Shown one piece after another: positions 1-7,904 of a stretch of DNA of 43,940 nucleotides. The stretch's first letter is position 1, and every line of letters starts with the position of its first letter. This DNA is from Candidatus Saccharimonadota bacterium. Lineage in GTDB: Bacteria > Patescibacteriota > Doudnabacteria > UBA920 > O2-02-FULL-48-8. The stretch covers positions 1-43,940 of the forward strand of contig JBLMZV010000017.1 of assembly GCA_050259015.1 (NCBI GenBank), given 5' to 3'. The translations under genes were made by a program, and so were the position numbers. The notes under the pieces were generated by a model, which ran no database searches, was not told the DNA's origin, and saw only the letters and a list, made by a program, of their open reading frames with translations.

Positions 1-1306
1 CATTAACCTGTCCAAGCCTCTGGATTTTCTTGGCCCGTTCGGCCTTCACCGCGGCCAAAGCCAGGTTTTTCGCCTCTTCAAGCGAGGAATACGACTTTAG
101 GACATCGCCGGCCGACGGCACTTCGGAAAGACCGGTGATCTGCACGGCGACCGACGGTCCCGCGCTCTTCAGTTTCTTGCCGACCGCGTCCGTCATGGAT
201 CGCACCTTGCCGTAGGCCTTGCCCATAGCCACCACGTCGGACAGGTTTAGGGTCCCGTTCTGTATGAGGACCGTGGCCACGGATCCCAGCGTCCTCGACA
301 AGTGCGATTCGATGACCGTGCCCATAGTCTGGCCCTGCGGGTTGGCCTTCAGCTCCATGACTTCCGCCTGCAAAAGAATCAGGTCCAGCAATTCATCCAC
401 GCCCTCGCCGGTCAAAGCCGCCACTTTGGCCACCGGCACCTTGCCGCCCCACTCCTCGACAATCACGCCGTAGTCGGACAGTTCCTTCTTCACCCGTTCC
501 GGGTTGGCGTCCGGCTTGTCTATCTTGTTTAAGGCGATGATCAAGGGCGTGCTGGTCAACTTGGCCCGGTTGATGACTTCAATGGTTTGCGGCTTGACCC
601 CGTCGTCGGCCGCCACCACCAGGACGATGATGTCCGTGACGTTGGCGCCCCGGGCGCGCATGGCCGCGAAGGCCTCATGCCCCGGCGTGTCCAGGAAGGT
701 GATCTTCTTGCCGTTGCGGTTGATCTGATAAGCGCCGATGTGCTGGGTGATCCGGCCGGCTTCCGTGTCCACGACCTTCGTCTTGCGGATGGTGTCCAAA
801 AGCGTGGTTTTGCCGTGGTCGACATGGCCCATGACCGCCACGATCGGCGGGCGCGCGGCGAACTGGTCGGGACTGGCGGCTTTCTCCTTCTCCATGACAT
901 CCGCCACGTAGCCTACCCCCAGGCGAACAGTCGCCTCCTGGACTTCCGAAACTTCGAACCCGAGATCGGACGCGACGATGGCCGCGGTGTCGTAATCGAT
1001 TTCCTCATTGATGGTGGCCATAACGCCGTTCTGGATGAGCTTTTTCATCACCACCGTGATGTCGAGGCCGAGCTTCAACGCCAAATCCTTGACGCTTAAG
1101 ACCTTGGGCAGAGTCACCTGTTTGTTCAGGCCCGGCTTCGGTTCCGCTTTGACTTCCCTTTGGGACAGGGCCTGGATTACCTGTTTGGCCAGATAATTGT
1201 CGATCTTATTCGCTTTCGGGGACACGCGGAAGCCCGCGGCGGACATCCTGGCCCGCAGCTGGTGGATCGGCATGTTCAATTGTTTCGAAAGCGTGGAAAT
1301 ATCCAT
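1..1306 (-). CDS. infB: translation initiation factor IF-2, 5' portion (the ORF runs off the left edge, so it is absent from the ORF track)
   Basis: Own minus-strand translation from the ATG at 1306 gives [17 protein letters not shown]... GTPase motifs [23 protein letters not shown] and NKID are present. GAGGAGGGG RBS upstream. Confidence 0.9.
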   Translation of the reverse strand, partial: MDISTLSKQLNMPIHQLRARMSAAGFRVSPKANKIDNYLAKQVIQALSQREVKAEPKPGLNKQVTLPKVLSVKDLALKLGLDITVVMKKLIQNGVMATINEEIDYDTAAIVASDLGFEVSEVQEATVRLGVGYVADVMEKEKAASPDQFAARPPIVAVMGHVDHGKTTLLDTIRKTKVVDTEAGRITQHIGAYQINRNGKKITFLDTPGHEAFAAMRARGANVTDIIVLVVAADDGVKPQTIEVINRAKLTSTPLIIALNKIDKPDANPERVKKELSDYGVIVEEWGGKVPVAKVAALTGEGVDELLDLILLQAEVMELKANPQGQTMGTVIESHLSRTLGSVATVLIQNGTLNLSDVVAMGKAYGKVRSMTDAVGKKLKSAGPSVAVQITGLSEVPSAGDVLKSYSSLEEAKNLALAAVKAERAKKIQRLGQVN

Positions 1307-1536
1307 CTATTGTTTGCGTTCCCCTCCTCAGTCAGATCGCGGAGGAGATTAATCGGTCTTGTTTCAAAACTCACATCAGTTTGACACAAAGTCGCGGAAA
1401 AATCAAGCCGGGGTCCGTCACCCTTTTCACCCGCCGGCTCGCTCCGAAATATGTCCGCTGTTTCCCGGCAAAAACAAAAGCGGCTCTCTCGTTTGAGGCC
1501 GCCTTTGCGGTTTGGTGTTAGTGTTTATTGTAAAAG

Positions 1537-2019
1537 TTAGACGTGGCTGCCGACTCTGATCTTCTTGGCCTTGGCCTTGGCCGCTTTCGGCAAAATCACG
1601 GTCAGGATGCCGTCCTTCAGGTCCGCGGAAACGTTCTCGATGTCGACGTCCACCGGCAGGACGACCGAACGGGAGAAACTGCCCCAATAACATTCCTGGT
1701 AAAAATAGTCCTCGGAGGATGCTTCGAAATCGCGCTTCCGTTCGCCGCGAATAGTGACCATGTCGTTGGCGATGGTGACGTCGATGTCTTCCGGTTTGAC
1801 GCCGGCGATGGTGGACTTGATGATCACGTTGTCCTTGGTCTGGAACATGTCGATGGTCAGCTGACCCTCGTATTCCGAAAGCCAGTCTTCCTGCGACGAG
1901 GCAGCGGGTTCATTGGTCTCTTCTTCCATCTCTTCCCCGTCCCGATCCTCCAATTCATCCTCTTCCGATACTGTTTGTGTTCCCATAAGTTTGTTTATTA
2001 AATTCTTGTCTTTGGCCAT
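1537..2019 (-). CDS. Hsp20/alpha-crystallin family small heat-shock protein
   Basis: Alpha-crystallin domain (IDMFQTKDNVIIKSTIAGVKPEDIDVTI...GILTVILPK). Start moved to MAKDKN at 2019 because the track start at 2046 lies on the -10 box of its own promoter. A GAGG RBS precedes 2019. Confidence 0.85.
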   Translation of the reverse strand: MAKDKNLINKLMGTQTVSEEDELEDRDGEEMEEETNEPAASSQEDWLSEYEGQLTIDMFQTKDNVIIKSTIAGVKPEDIDVTIANDMVTIRGERKRDFEASSEDYFYQECYWGSFSRSVVLPVDVDIENVSADLKDGILTVILPKAAKAKAKKIRVGSHV

Positions 2020-2045
2020 TGAAGTACCTCGTTTTAAGTAATTCA

Positions 2046-2074
2046 ATTCTAATATTTGCCCCCTAAAGTGTCAA
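2046..2074 (-). promoter_or_regulatory. sigma70-type promoter of hsp20 (TTGACA-17-TAGAAT)
   Basis: On the minus strand, TTGACA is at 2074-2069 and TAGAAT at 2051-2046, with a 17-nt spacer. Confidence 0.6.
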
Positions 2075-2094
2075 CTTGGAATTCGGGGGAAAAC

Positions 2095-2121
2095 TGCAAA
2101 AAACCAGGCTTTAAGCCTGGT
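2095..2121 (-). terminator. rho-independent terminator after the glycosyltransferase gene
   Basis: Hairpin CCAGGC-TTTAA-GCCTGG followed by a U-run on the minus strand. Confidence 0.6.
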
Positions 2122-3259
2122 AGTTTTTTATGGTCAGCCCCTGGGGTTCGGGACGGATAAGTTTAAGCGATTCTTCCACGGTTTTCCGGCCCTTCGGTTC
2201 GATCAGGAGGCGGAACGCCTGCTCCTGCTGGTTGATCTGCTTGCCTTCCAGGACCTGCTCCACCAGAAAAGCGACCTCCCGCGGGATCCGGCCGTAGCCC
2301 GCCACTCCCTGCCGGACCAAAAAATTCTTGTTGGCTTCCTCGTGGCCGGGATGCGCGTCCGTAATGATCACCGGCAGACGCTTGGACACCGCCTCCGCGA
2401 TCGTCGGGCCGCCGGGCTTGCTGATGATCAATGTGGCGGCGCTCATGAGCACGTCCTGATTTTCCACGAAGCCCAAGATCTTCACCGGATGCCTGGCGGG
2501 TGAGGAAATCTTGGACAGCTCTTCCTTAAGCTCCTCGTTTTTCCCGGCCACCACCACGACCTGGAAGCTCTTCGGACTCCGCAAAAGGCGCAGAAATATT
2601 TCCTTGGACGCGATCAATCCTCTCCTGCCCCCGGACATCAGCACCACGGGCATCGAAGTCAGCAGCCCGAAGGCCAGGCAGGCCTCTTCGCGGTTGATCT
2701 GTTTGAGATACTTTTCCAGCACCGGCATACCGCTGACCACGATCCGGTCAGGCGTCACCCCCATGGCCCGCAGCTCATCGGCCTGCTCCTGGATATTGCA
2801 CATATAAAGATCGACCTCGTCGAACAGCCAGAACCGATGCAGGTGATAATCAGAAAAGGCAGCGACCAGTTTCCCCCGGTACAGGCCCTTGGATTTCAGA
2901 TAAGCCACGATGCCGGTCGGAGCCGCCTGGGTGGAAATCACGATTGCCGGCTGGTACTCCCGCAGGACCTGGAGAGTCTTTTTTGCCTTGAACGAGGCGA
3001 TGCTTTTCCGGAGCGGCAGCATGATCCACATCACCAGGCGCGAGTTATAGAGCACGCCCCACAGCCACGCCATCTTCTCGATGACAGCCAGATAAACCCT
3101 CTGTAAAAGCGAAACCGAAAAACCCTTCTCCATCTCCTGGAGGTCTTCGATCCGGGGCATAAACTCCGCCGAACCTTTAAGCCTGTCGTAAATCCCCTGC
3201 GCGGTGATCTTGATTCCGTAGCCGACGGAGGTGTGCAGAATTAGAACTTTTGTTTTCAT
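2111..3259 (-). CDS. MGDG-synthase-like / GT28-family glycosyltransferase (UgtP/MurG-like fold)
   Basis: 382 aa. N-terminus MKTKVLILHTSVGYGIKITAQ and C-terminus ISKPGGPTIAEA...LPVII...EEANKNFL are typical of the diacylglycerol glycosyltransferase family. Confidence 0.8.
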   Translation of the reverse strand: MKTKVLILHTSVGYGIKITAQGIYDRLKGSAEFMPRIEDLQEMEKGFSVSLLQRVYLAVIEKMAWLWGVLYNSRLVMWIMLPLRKSIASFKAKKTLQVLREYQPAIVISTQAAPTGIVAYLKSKGLYRGKLVAAFSDYHLHRFWLFDEVDLYMCNIQEQADELRAMGVTPDRIVVSGMPVLEKYLKQINREEACLAFGLLTSMPVVLMSGGRRGLIASKEIFLRLLRSPKSFQVVVVAGKNEELKEELSKISSPARHPVKILGFVENQDVLMSAATLIISKPGGPTIAEAVSKRLPVIITDAHPGHEEANKNFLVRQGVAGYGRIPREVAFLVEQVLEGKQINQQEQAFRLLIEPKGRKTVEESLKLIRPEPQGLTIKNYQA

Positions 3260-3476
3260 GTCTTTCGTTTGTCTCTGGAAATTGCTATCGCTATACCTAT
3301 TATATAGTATAGGAAACGGTTTTGGCTAAATTGCAGTCCTCTCCCATGCCGAGGCTTTAGACAAGAGCCCTTGCCTCAGAGCAGGTTTCTATTTGCTATC
3401 GGTATTGCCTTGCGATATATTACCTATAGGATTATTGGCTAAGAAACAAAAAATTTAACTACCAAGATCCTGCAAT

Positions 3477-3965
3477 ATGAACCCAGAACTCTCAAACTAC
3501 GTGGCGAATGCCCGCAAGTCAGGTCTGTCCGACGCGGATATCCGCCAGAAACTGACTGCCTCCGGTTGGCAAGCCGCCGACATCGAATCGGCATTCAGCC
3601 AGCCGCAAGCCCCAGCCGTTCCCGCGGTCCCTCCGGCGGCCGCCGACGCGAGCAACCAGATGGTCATGGCGATTCTCGCCTACCTCGGGATCCTTATCCT
3701 TATCCCGCTGCTTGTGGCCAAGGATAACCAGTTCGTAAAGTTTCATATCAAGCAAGGACTTGTCCTGGTCATCATCTGGGTGGCCTACTGGTTTTTGACT
3801 GCAGTATTCGGCGCCATCCATCTTTGGGTGTTAAATATGTTCGTCTATCCGATCGTCGGTTTGGGCACGCTTATCTTAGCGATCATCGGGATCATCAACG
3901 CGGTCAATGGCCAGCAGAAGGAATTGCCCGTAGTCGGTTCCTTGGCCCGCAAGTTTACGTTCTAA
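3477..3965 (+). CDS. DUF4870-like membrane protein
   Basis: FVKFHIKQGLVLVIIW motif, three TM segments and a soluble helical N-terminus. Confidence 0.7.
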   Translation: MNPELSNYVANARKSGLSDADIRQKLTASGWQAADIESAFSQPQAPAVPAVPPAAADASNQMVMAILAYLGILILIPLLVAKDNQFVKFHIKQGLVLVIIWVAYWFLTAVFGAIHLWVLNMFVYPIVGLGTLILAIIGIINAVNGQQKELPVVGSLARKFTF

Positions 3966-3980
3966 TTTTCCTCCCAAAAA

Positions 3981-4006
3981 AGCTTCCCTCAAGGGAAGCT
4001 TTTTTG
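3981..4006 (+). terminator. rho-independent terminator
   Basis: AGCTTCCC-TCAA-GGGAAGCT followed by TTTTT. Confidence 0.7.
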
Positions 4007-4076
4007 TTCGGTCAGCGGCTCGGCCCCGGATTTACTTAACGGGTAAAAATGAATATAATATGTAAGCCACACATCT

Positions 4077-4166
4077 GGAGAGGTCGCATAGTGGTCGAGT
4101 GCGCCGGTTTCGAAAACCGGTAAGGGCGCAAGCTCTTCGAGGGTTCGAATCCCTCCCTCTCCGCCA
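4077..4166 (+). tRNA. tRNA-Ser (anticodon CGA), CCA encoded
   Basis: Manual cloverleaf: acceptor GGAGAGG/CCTCTCC, anticodon loop TTCGAAA, long variable arm, T loop TTCGAAT, discriminator G73. Confidence 0.9.
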
Positions 4167-4264
4167 GTGGTTTGGATGACACCGCAAGGTGGCAGACAAA
4201 CCACTGGCCTAATGAATCGCCAGCGGCAGGGCGAAGGGCCCCCGCAAAAAATCATCGAATAAAT

Positions 4265-4286
4265 AACCGCCCTGAGGCGGTTTTGT
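4265..4286. terminator. bidirectional terminator hairpin
   Basis: AACCGCC-CTGA-GGCGGTT with T-runs on both strands. It lies between tRNA-Ser and the end of rnhB. Confidence 0.6.
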
Positions 4287-4287
4287 T

Positions 4288-4980
4288 CTACCTTGAATTA
4301 TTTTCCTGTAACCGAAGCTCTCTCTGTCCTCGCGCTTCGATGATCTGTTTCACAAACAAAAACGTTTTACGGTGAAACGGAGTCGCTCCTAATTCCACCA
4401 AAGCTCTTTTATGAAACAGCGTCGGATAGCCCTTATGCTTATCGAAACCGTAAAGAGGAAATTGCTCGTGGAGCTGTTTCATGAACCTATCCCTGGCGAC
4501 CTTGGCGACAATCGAAGCGGCGGCGATGGAAAGAATTTTGGAATCTCCGCCGATCACCGGTTCCTGCGGAACTTCCTTAAAACCCTTCAGCATCCAGATC
4601 CCGTCCAAAAAAATAAAATCCGGTTTCATTTTTTTTAATCCCTCAACCGACCGCTCCATCGCCAGCATGCTCGCCTGATGGATATTGATCTCATCGATTG
4701 TTTCATGCGAAACCAAGCCGACCGCAAAATCCAACGCATTGTCCTCGATGAACGGCAACAATTGCTCGCGTTCTTTTTCGTTCACGGTTTTTGAATCGCG
4801 GACGCGGTACCACCATTTATTTTTGCTGCGCTGCCTGCCGATCGAATCAGGATCAAGAATCACGGTCGCGGCCACCACCGGTCCCGCAAGCGGCGCAACG
4901 CCGACCTCGTCGCAACCGGCGACGCGCAAAAAACCGGCTGCGTATTTTTCCATTTCTTTTTTGTAGGTCGGGAATTTCAT
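4288..4980 (-). CDS. rnhB: ribonuclease HII
   Basis: GCDEVGVAPLAGPVVAATV, ...SKILSIAAASIVAKV..., ...GYP. 230 aa. Confidence 0.9.
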   Translation of the reverse strand: MKFPTYKKEMEKYAAGFLRVAGCDEVGVAPLAGPVVAATVILDPDSIGRQRSKNKWWYRVRDSKTVNEKEREQLLPFIEDNALDFAVGLVSHETIDEINIHQASMLAMERSVEGLKKMKPDFIFLDGIWMLKGFKEVPQEPVIGGDSKILSIAAASIVAKVARDRFMKQLHEQFPLYGFDKHKGYPTLFHKRALVELGATPFHRKTFLFVKQIIEARGQRELRLQENNSR

Positions 4981-5024
4981 GCCTTCAATCTACCCCAATT
5001 TAAAGTTCTCGTGAAGCTTCTTAT

Positions 5025-5055
5025 AAAAAACCGGCCCGTGACTGTCACGGGCCGG
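5025..5055 (-). terminator. rho-independent terminator of the 299-aa ORF
   Basis: CCGGCCCGTGA-CTG-TCACGGGCCGG followed by a U-run on the minus strand. Confidence 0.65.
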
Positions 5056-5944
5056 CATAACAGAACCCGAGCTGAACCGGATAGAAGTGCTGGTAGACAA
5101 GCCACTGGTCGAGCGCTCGCCGGAACTTCCAGGCGTATTCCCTTGGATCCTTCAGACCCTCTTCTTCCATGCGCGCATGGATGTCGTCCTCTCTGCCTGC
5201 GAAGTCGCCGAACATCGCGCTGATCCGTCGGGTGTTCGCAGCGAGGAACCTCTCCGCGCCTTCCATCTCAGCCGCGGCGCCGATGATCTCCGGCAGCGAA
5301 TCCGTAAGGGTCTCGTAGGCCATCCAGCGCAGGCACCCGGCAAGTTCCCGGTCGTCAGTCCGCCTGGCCCGGCCCCATGCCTTAATCCCGGAGTTGAAGT
5401 GATCGATCTTGGTGAACACCCGATGGTAGAGGTTGAGCCTGCCTGGCTCTTCGAGCACCGGCACTATCACGTTTATGACCCAGTCGGCAAGGCCGTTCTT
5501 GTGGAAGCTTAAGACATCCTTCACGACGATCTTCAGGCCTTCCGTCTCCGCCAGGCGCTGGGCTAAAGTCTTGCAGCCAGAAGGCACATCGCCGGCTTGG
5601 GTCGCCGCTTCCCCGCAGTCATGCCATGTCTCCGACAGCACCAGACTGCACTTCTCGTCCGCGGTCAGCCGCTTGGTGCCGTTGACGAAGGTCTTGATCC
5701 CCCGCCGCGATCGTGACATGTGGGTCAGGTCGCGGCCGTTGGCACCGATGAGCCTGGCCCAGACCTGCACATCCAGGTCTCGCGGTTTGAACCGCTTGAA
5801 CCGGCAGCACTTCGGGTCGCGCCTTAAGATCTCGCCCCAGGCGCTGCCCCGGATCAGCCGCTCCATCTGAACGAAAGTCAGATAAGTGCCGTTGCCGTCC
5901 GTCACCGCGTTCCCCTGTTCCGAAAACGCGTAGCCTACAGACAT
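5045..5944 (-). CDS. hypothetical protein, no family recognised; possible HD-like motif (H...WHDCGE)
   Basis: Uninterrupted 299-aa ORF with an AAGGAGCGG RBS, its own terminator, and coding-like composition. Confidence 0.65.
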   Translation of the reverse strand: MSVGYAFSEQGNAVTDGNGTYLTFVQMERLIRGSAWGEILRRDPKCCRFKRFKPRDLDVQVWARLIGANGRDLTHMSRSRRGIKTFVNGTKRLTADEKCSLVLSETWHDCGEAATQAGDVPSGCKTLAQRLAETEGLKIVVKDVLSFHKNGLADWVINVIVPVLEEPGRLNLYHRVFTKIDHFNSGIKAWGRARRTDDRELAGCLRWMAYETLTDSLPEIIGAAAEMEGAERFLAANTRRISAMFGDFAGREDDIHARMEEEGLKDPREYAWKFRRALDQWLVYQHFYPVQLGFCYAGP

Positions 5945-6026
5945 ATTATTTCCGCTCCTTGTGGTTTTTTTCTGTACGTTTTCTCCTTACCTTTTATACT
6001 ACCACAAGCGCCTGTGAATTATTTTG

Positions 6027-6055
6027 CAAAACAAAAACACCTCATTGCTGAGATG
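6027..6055 (-). terminator. terminator of the tRNA-Arg/tRNA-Ala operon
   Basis: Minus strand: CAUCUCA-GCAA-UGAGGUG followed by UUUUUGUUUUG. Confidence 0.65.
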
Positions 6056-6062
6056 TTCTTAT

Positions 6063-6101
6063 TGGTGGACCCTACACCCCGCCGTTCGGCGGGTGTGGGC
6101 C
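6063..6101 (-). ncRNA. ACCA-terminated hairpin (minihelix-like) duplicating the 3' end of tRNA-Ala(GGC)
   Basis: The 15 nt ATTGGTGGACCCTAC at 6061-6075 are identical to 6120-6134. The segment folds as GGCCCACACCCGCC-GAAC-GGCGGGGUGUAGGGUCC-ACCA. It lies between the tRNA and the terminator. Confidence 0.6.
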
Positions 6102-6121
6102 TTCAAAAGGGATTTTTAAAT

Positions 6122-6197
6122 TGGTGGACCCTACCGGGCTCGAACCGGTCACCTCTTCCATGCCATGGAAGCGCTCTACCAAATGAGCTAAGGGCCC
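6122..6197 (-). tRNA. tRNA-Ala (anticodon GGC), CCA encoded
   Basis: Acceptor GGGCCCU/AGGGUCC with G3:U70, anticodon loop AUGGCAU, T loop UUCGAGC. Confidence 0.9.
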
Positions 6198-6200
6198 TCA

Positions 6201-6275
6201 TGGTGCCCTCGGAGGGAATCGAACCCCCATCTTATCCTTAGGACGGATCTGCTCTATCCATTGAGCTACGAAGGC
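6201..6275 (-). tRNA. tRNA-Arg (anticodon CCT), CCA encoded
   Basis: Acceptor GCCUUCG/CGAGGGC, anticodon loop GUCCUAA, T loop UUCGAUU. Confidence 0.85.
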
Positions 6276-6305
6276 TCGTTCTCCGAGATGATTTTTTGCT
6301 CCTAT

Positions 6306-6334
6306 ATTCTACTGATTCTTCGGCCTGTTGTAAA
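6306..6334 (-). promoter_or_regulatory. promoter of the tRNA-Arg/tRNA-Ala operon (TTTACA-17-TAGAAT)
   Basis: Both hexamers read on the minus strand, about 30 nt upstream of tRNA-Arg. Confidence 0.6.
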
Positions 6335-6383
6335 CCCCTGTTCTTGGTCGGCGGCCGATTCTTGCTATATAATGTATAGGCTT

Positions 6384-6884
6384 ATGATTGCTTCAACACA
6401 CGTCATAGTCGGCGGCGCGGTCGGCATCGCGGTCGGAGCCGCCACTCATAATCCCATCGCGGCTTTAGCCGCGGGCTTTGCCTCCCACCTGGTTCTCGAC
6501 GCCATCCCCCACTTCGACCATCCGGATGTCCCCAAGGTAAACGACGAGTTGGTTTGGACCCGCGCGGTTTGGATTTTTGCGCTTGCCGATTCCATCTTCG
6601 CGTTCCTCCTGACGCTGTTCATCTGGTTAAATTTCTATAGTTTCCCGACCCTGACCCCTTACGCGCTCGGCGCCCTGGGCGGTTATCTTCCGGATCTCAT
6701 CGACAACGTGCCGTTCTGGAAGCAGAAGTTGCGCGCTCTCCCCGTTTTCCGGGAGTTTCACGCGTTCCACCAAAGGATCCATGATTGGGAGAAATTCCTG
6801 CCCATGCCGAGATTCTGGTTTCTCGGGACGGTCACGCAGATTGCGCTCGTGGTCCCCGCCCTCATATATATATTGATCGGTTAG
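6384..6884 (+). CDS. YdjM/DUF457-like membrane-bound metal-dependent hydrolase
   Basis: MIASTHVIVGGAVG...HLVLDAIPH. The track start at 6261 overlaps tRNA-Arg and its promoter. A TATAAT box at 6368-6373 precedes the ATG at 6384. Confidence 0.7.
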   Translation: MIASTHVIVGGAVGIAVGAATHNPIAALAAGFASHLVLDAIPHFDHPDVPKVNDELVWTRAVWIFALADSIFAFLLTLFIWLNFYSFPTLTPYALGALGGYLPDLIDNVPFWKQKLRALPVFREFHAFHQRIHDWEKFLPMPRFWFLGTVTQIALVVPALIYILIG

Positions 6885-6929
6885 CAAAAACCGCCCAAAA
6901 AGGGCGGTTTTTTCGTTGCGGACTAAGCA

Positions 6930-7358
6930 TTACAACTTGTTTTCATAAAGCCTGAGAAAAGTTGGCAGCTGTGAATGCAAGGGTTCCGGTAAACTTCCCA
7001 ACTCGAACCATTCCAAGGCGTCGAATTTATGCGGCTCATTGATCCGGACGTTTGCGGGGTCAATCAGGACCCTGAAATCCAAGCCGATCCAATGAGTCGG
7101 CTTGCCGTCGAGCGTGCGGTGTACGTCCCGATAGCCCAAAAATTCGAACGACAGCACTTCGGCGTTGTATTCCTCCAAAATCTCCCTGCGCAGGGACTCC
7201 TCCACCTTCATCCCGAATTCCAGGCCTCCCCCGCCGATATCCCACCGACCCTGTTCGTCCCGGGCGTTCTGGCTTCGCTTGGCCAGCAAAACCTTCCCCT
7301 GCCCGTCATGGCAGAAGAAAACCGTGGTCACTCCAATAAAATCAAGGCCTTTTTGCAT
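6930..7358 (-). CDS. NUDIX hydrolase
   Basis: Nudix box GGGLEFGMKVEESLRREILEEYNAEV. Start set at MQKGLDF. The N-terminal extension in the track is Arg/Gly-rich and overlaps a hairpin. Confidence 0.8.
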   Translation of the reverse strand: MQKGLDFIGVTTVFFCHDGQGKVLLAKRSQNARDEQGRWDIGGGGLEFGMKVEESLRREILEEYNAEVLSFEFLGYRDVHRTLDGKPTHWIGLDFRVLIDPANVRINEPHKFDALEWFELGSLPEPLHSQLPTFLRLYENKL

Positions 7359-7448
7359 GATCAAAGGATAACAAAAAACCGCCTTCCTGGCGATTTGAAC
7401 TCTGCCTGCACGCCCTCCACGCGCCCGCATCTATTATAATCTTGCATT

Positions 7449-7490
7449 TGGTCGGGGTGCAGGGAATTGAACCCTGTCTACACGCACCCC
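7449..7490 (-). pseudogene. exact copy of the 3' half of tRNA-Pro (anticodon loop through ACCA)
   Basis: 7446-7489 is identical to 7512-7555 (44 nt). Confidence 0.85.
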
Positions 7491-7514
7491 GCTCGCACCT
7501 ATTTATCTCATATT

Positions 7515-7588
7515 TGGTCGGGGTGCAGGGAATTGAACCCTGTCTACACGCACCCGAAGCGTGCGTACTACCGTCATACTCCACCCCG
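7515..7588 (-). tRNA. tRNA-Pro (anticodon CGG), CCA encoded
   Basis: Acceptor CGGGGUG/CACCCCG, anticodon arm CACGC-UUCGGGU-GCGUG, T arm CAGGG-UUCAAUU-CCCUG. Confidence 0.85.
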
Positions 7589-7620
7589 AACAAATATGAA
7601 ACAGATAATGTGCTGCAAGC

Positions 7621-7680
7621 AGGCGTGCGCAAGACTGTCCGAAGGACAGTCAGTACCGTCATACTCCACCCCGAACAAAT
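7621..7680 (-). pseudogene. 5'-half copy of tRNA-Pro with an inserted UUCG hairpin
   Basis: 7654-7680 is identical to 7569-7595 (5' flank plus positions 1-20). An 8-bp hairpin lies at 7633-7651. GCACGC-CU (position 26, anticodon-stem 5' strand, C32, U33) follows at 7628-7621. Confidence 0.75.
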
Positions 7681-7699
7681 GCAAAACCAAAATAGAAAT

Positions 7700-7811
7700 T
7701 GGAGGGTTGGCATGCGCCAGCTGCCTAAAAGGCAGCGAATACCGTAATACCCCACCCCCGAACAAATGCAAAACAAATATCTTGTAGTGCGGGGCAGGCC
7801 TGCGCCAACCC
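7700..7811 (-). other. tRNA-like shell enclosing a degenerate tRNA-Pro 5' fragment
   Basis: The ends GGGUUGG (7811-7805) and CCAACCC-U-CCA (7710-7700) are complementary. It has an anticodon-arm-like hairpin GCUGC-CUUUUAG-GCAGC (7736-7720) and no T arm. Confidence 0.45.
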
Positions 7812-7904
7812 AAAAAAGCTTACATATTATATCGGCAATTCCTGGTTTTGTCCAAATATAAAAGCCGGGCTGCCTTATGCAGCTGCCGGCTTACGACGAA
7901 TGGA

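Noticed and set aside
3270-3440. Repeated TTGCTATCG(C/G)TAT (about 3282 and 3382) and CCTATAGG-like words in the divergent promoter region
   Set aside because: The matches are short (9-12 nt) and lie in AT-rich promoter DNA. They are plausible operator sites, but the signal is too weak to call.
6261-6383. N-terminal extensions of track ORFs that overlap tRNA genes or promoters: 6261-6383, 14786-14890, 7359-7430, and the ORFs at 6014-6241, 7442-7813, 14815-15221 and 16320-16611
   Set aside because: They run through tRNA genes, tRNA fragments or mapped promoters. The starts were moved to internal Met codons, or the ORFs were discarded.
5000-7820. An integrated prophage or genomic island defined by the tRNA 3'-end direct repeats
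   Set aside because: The repeat pairs are only 45-95 nt apart. No integrase, excisionase or phage genes lie between or near them. An att-scar origin remains possible but cannot be shown from this window.
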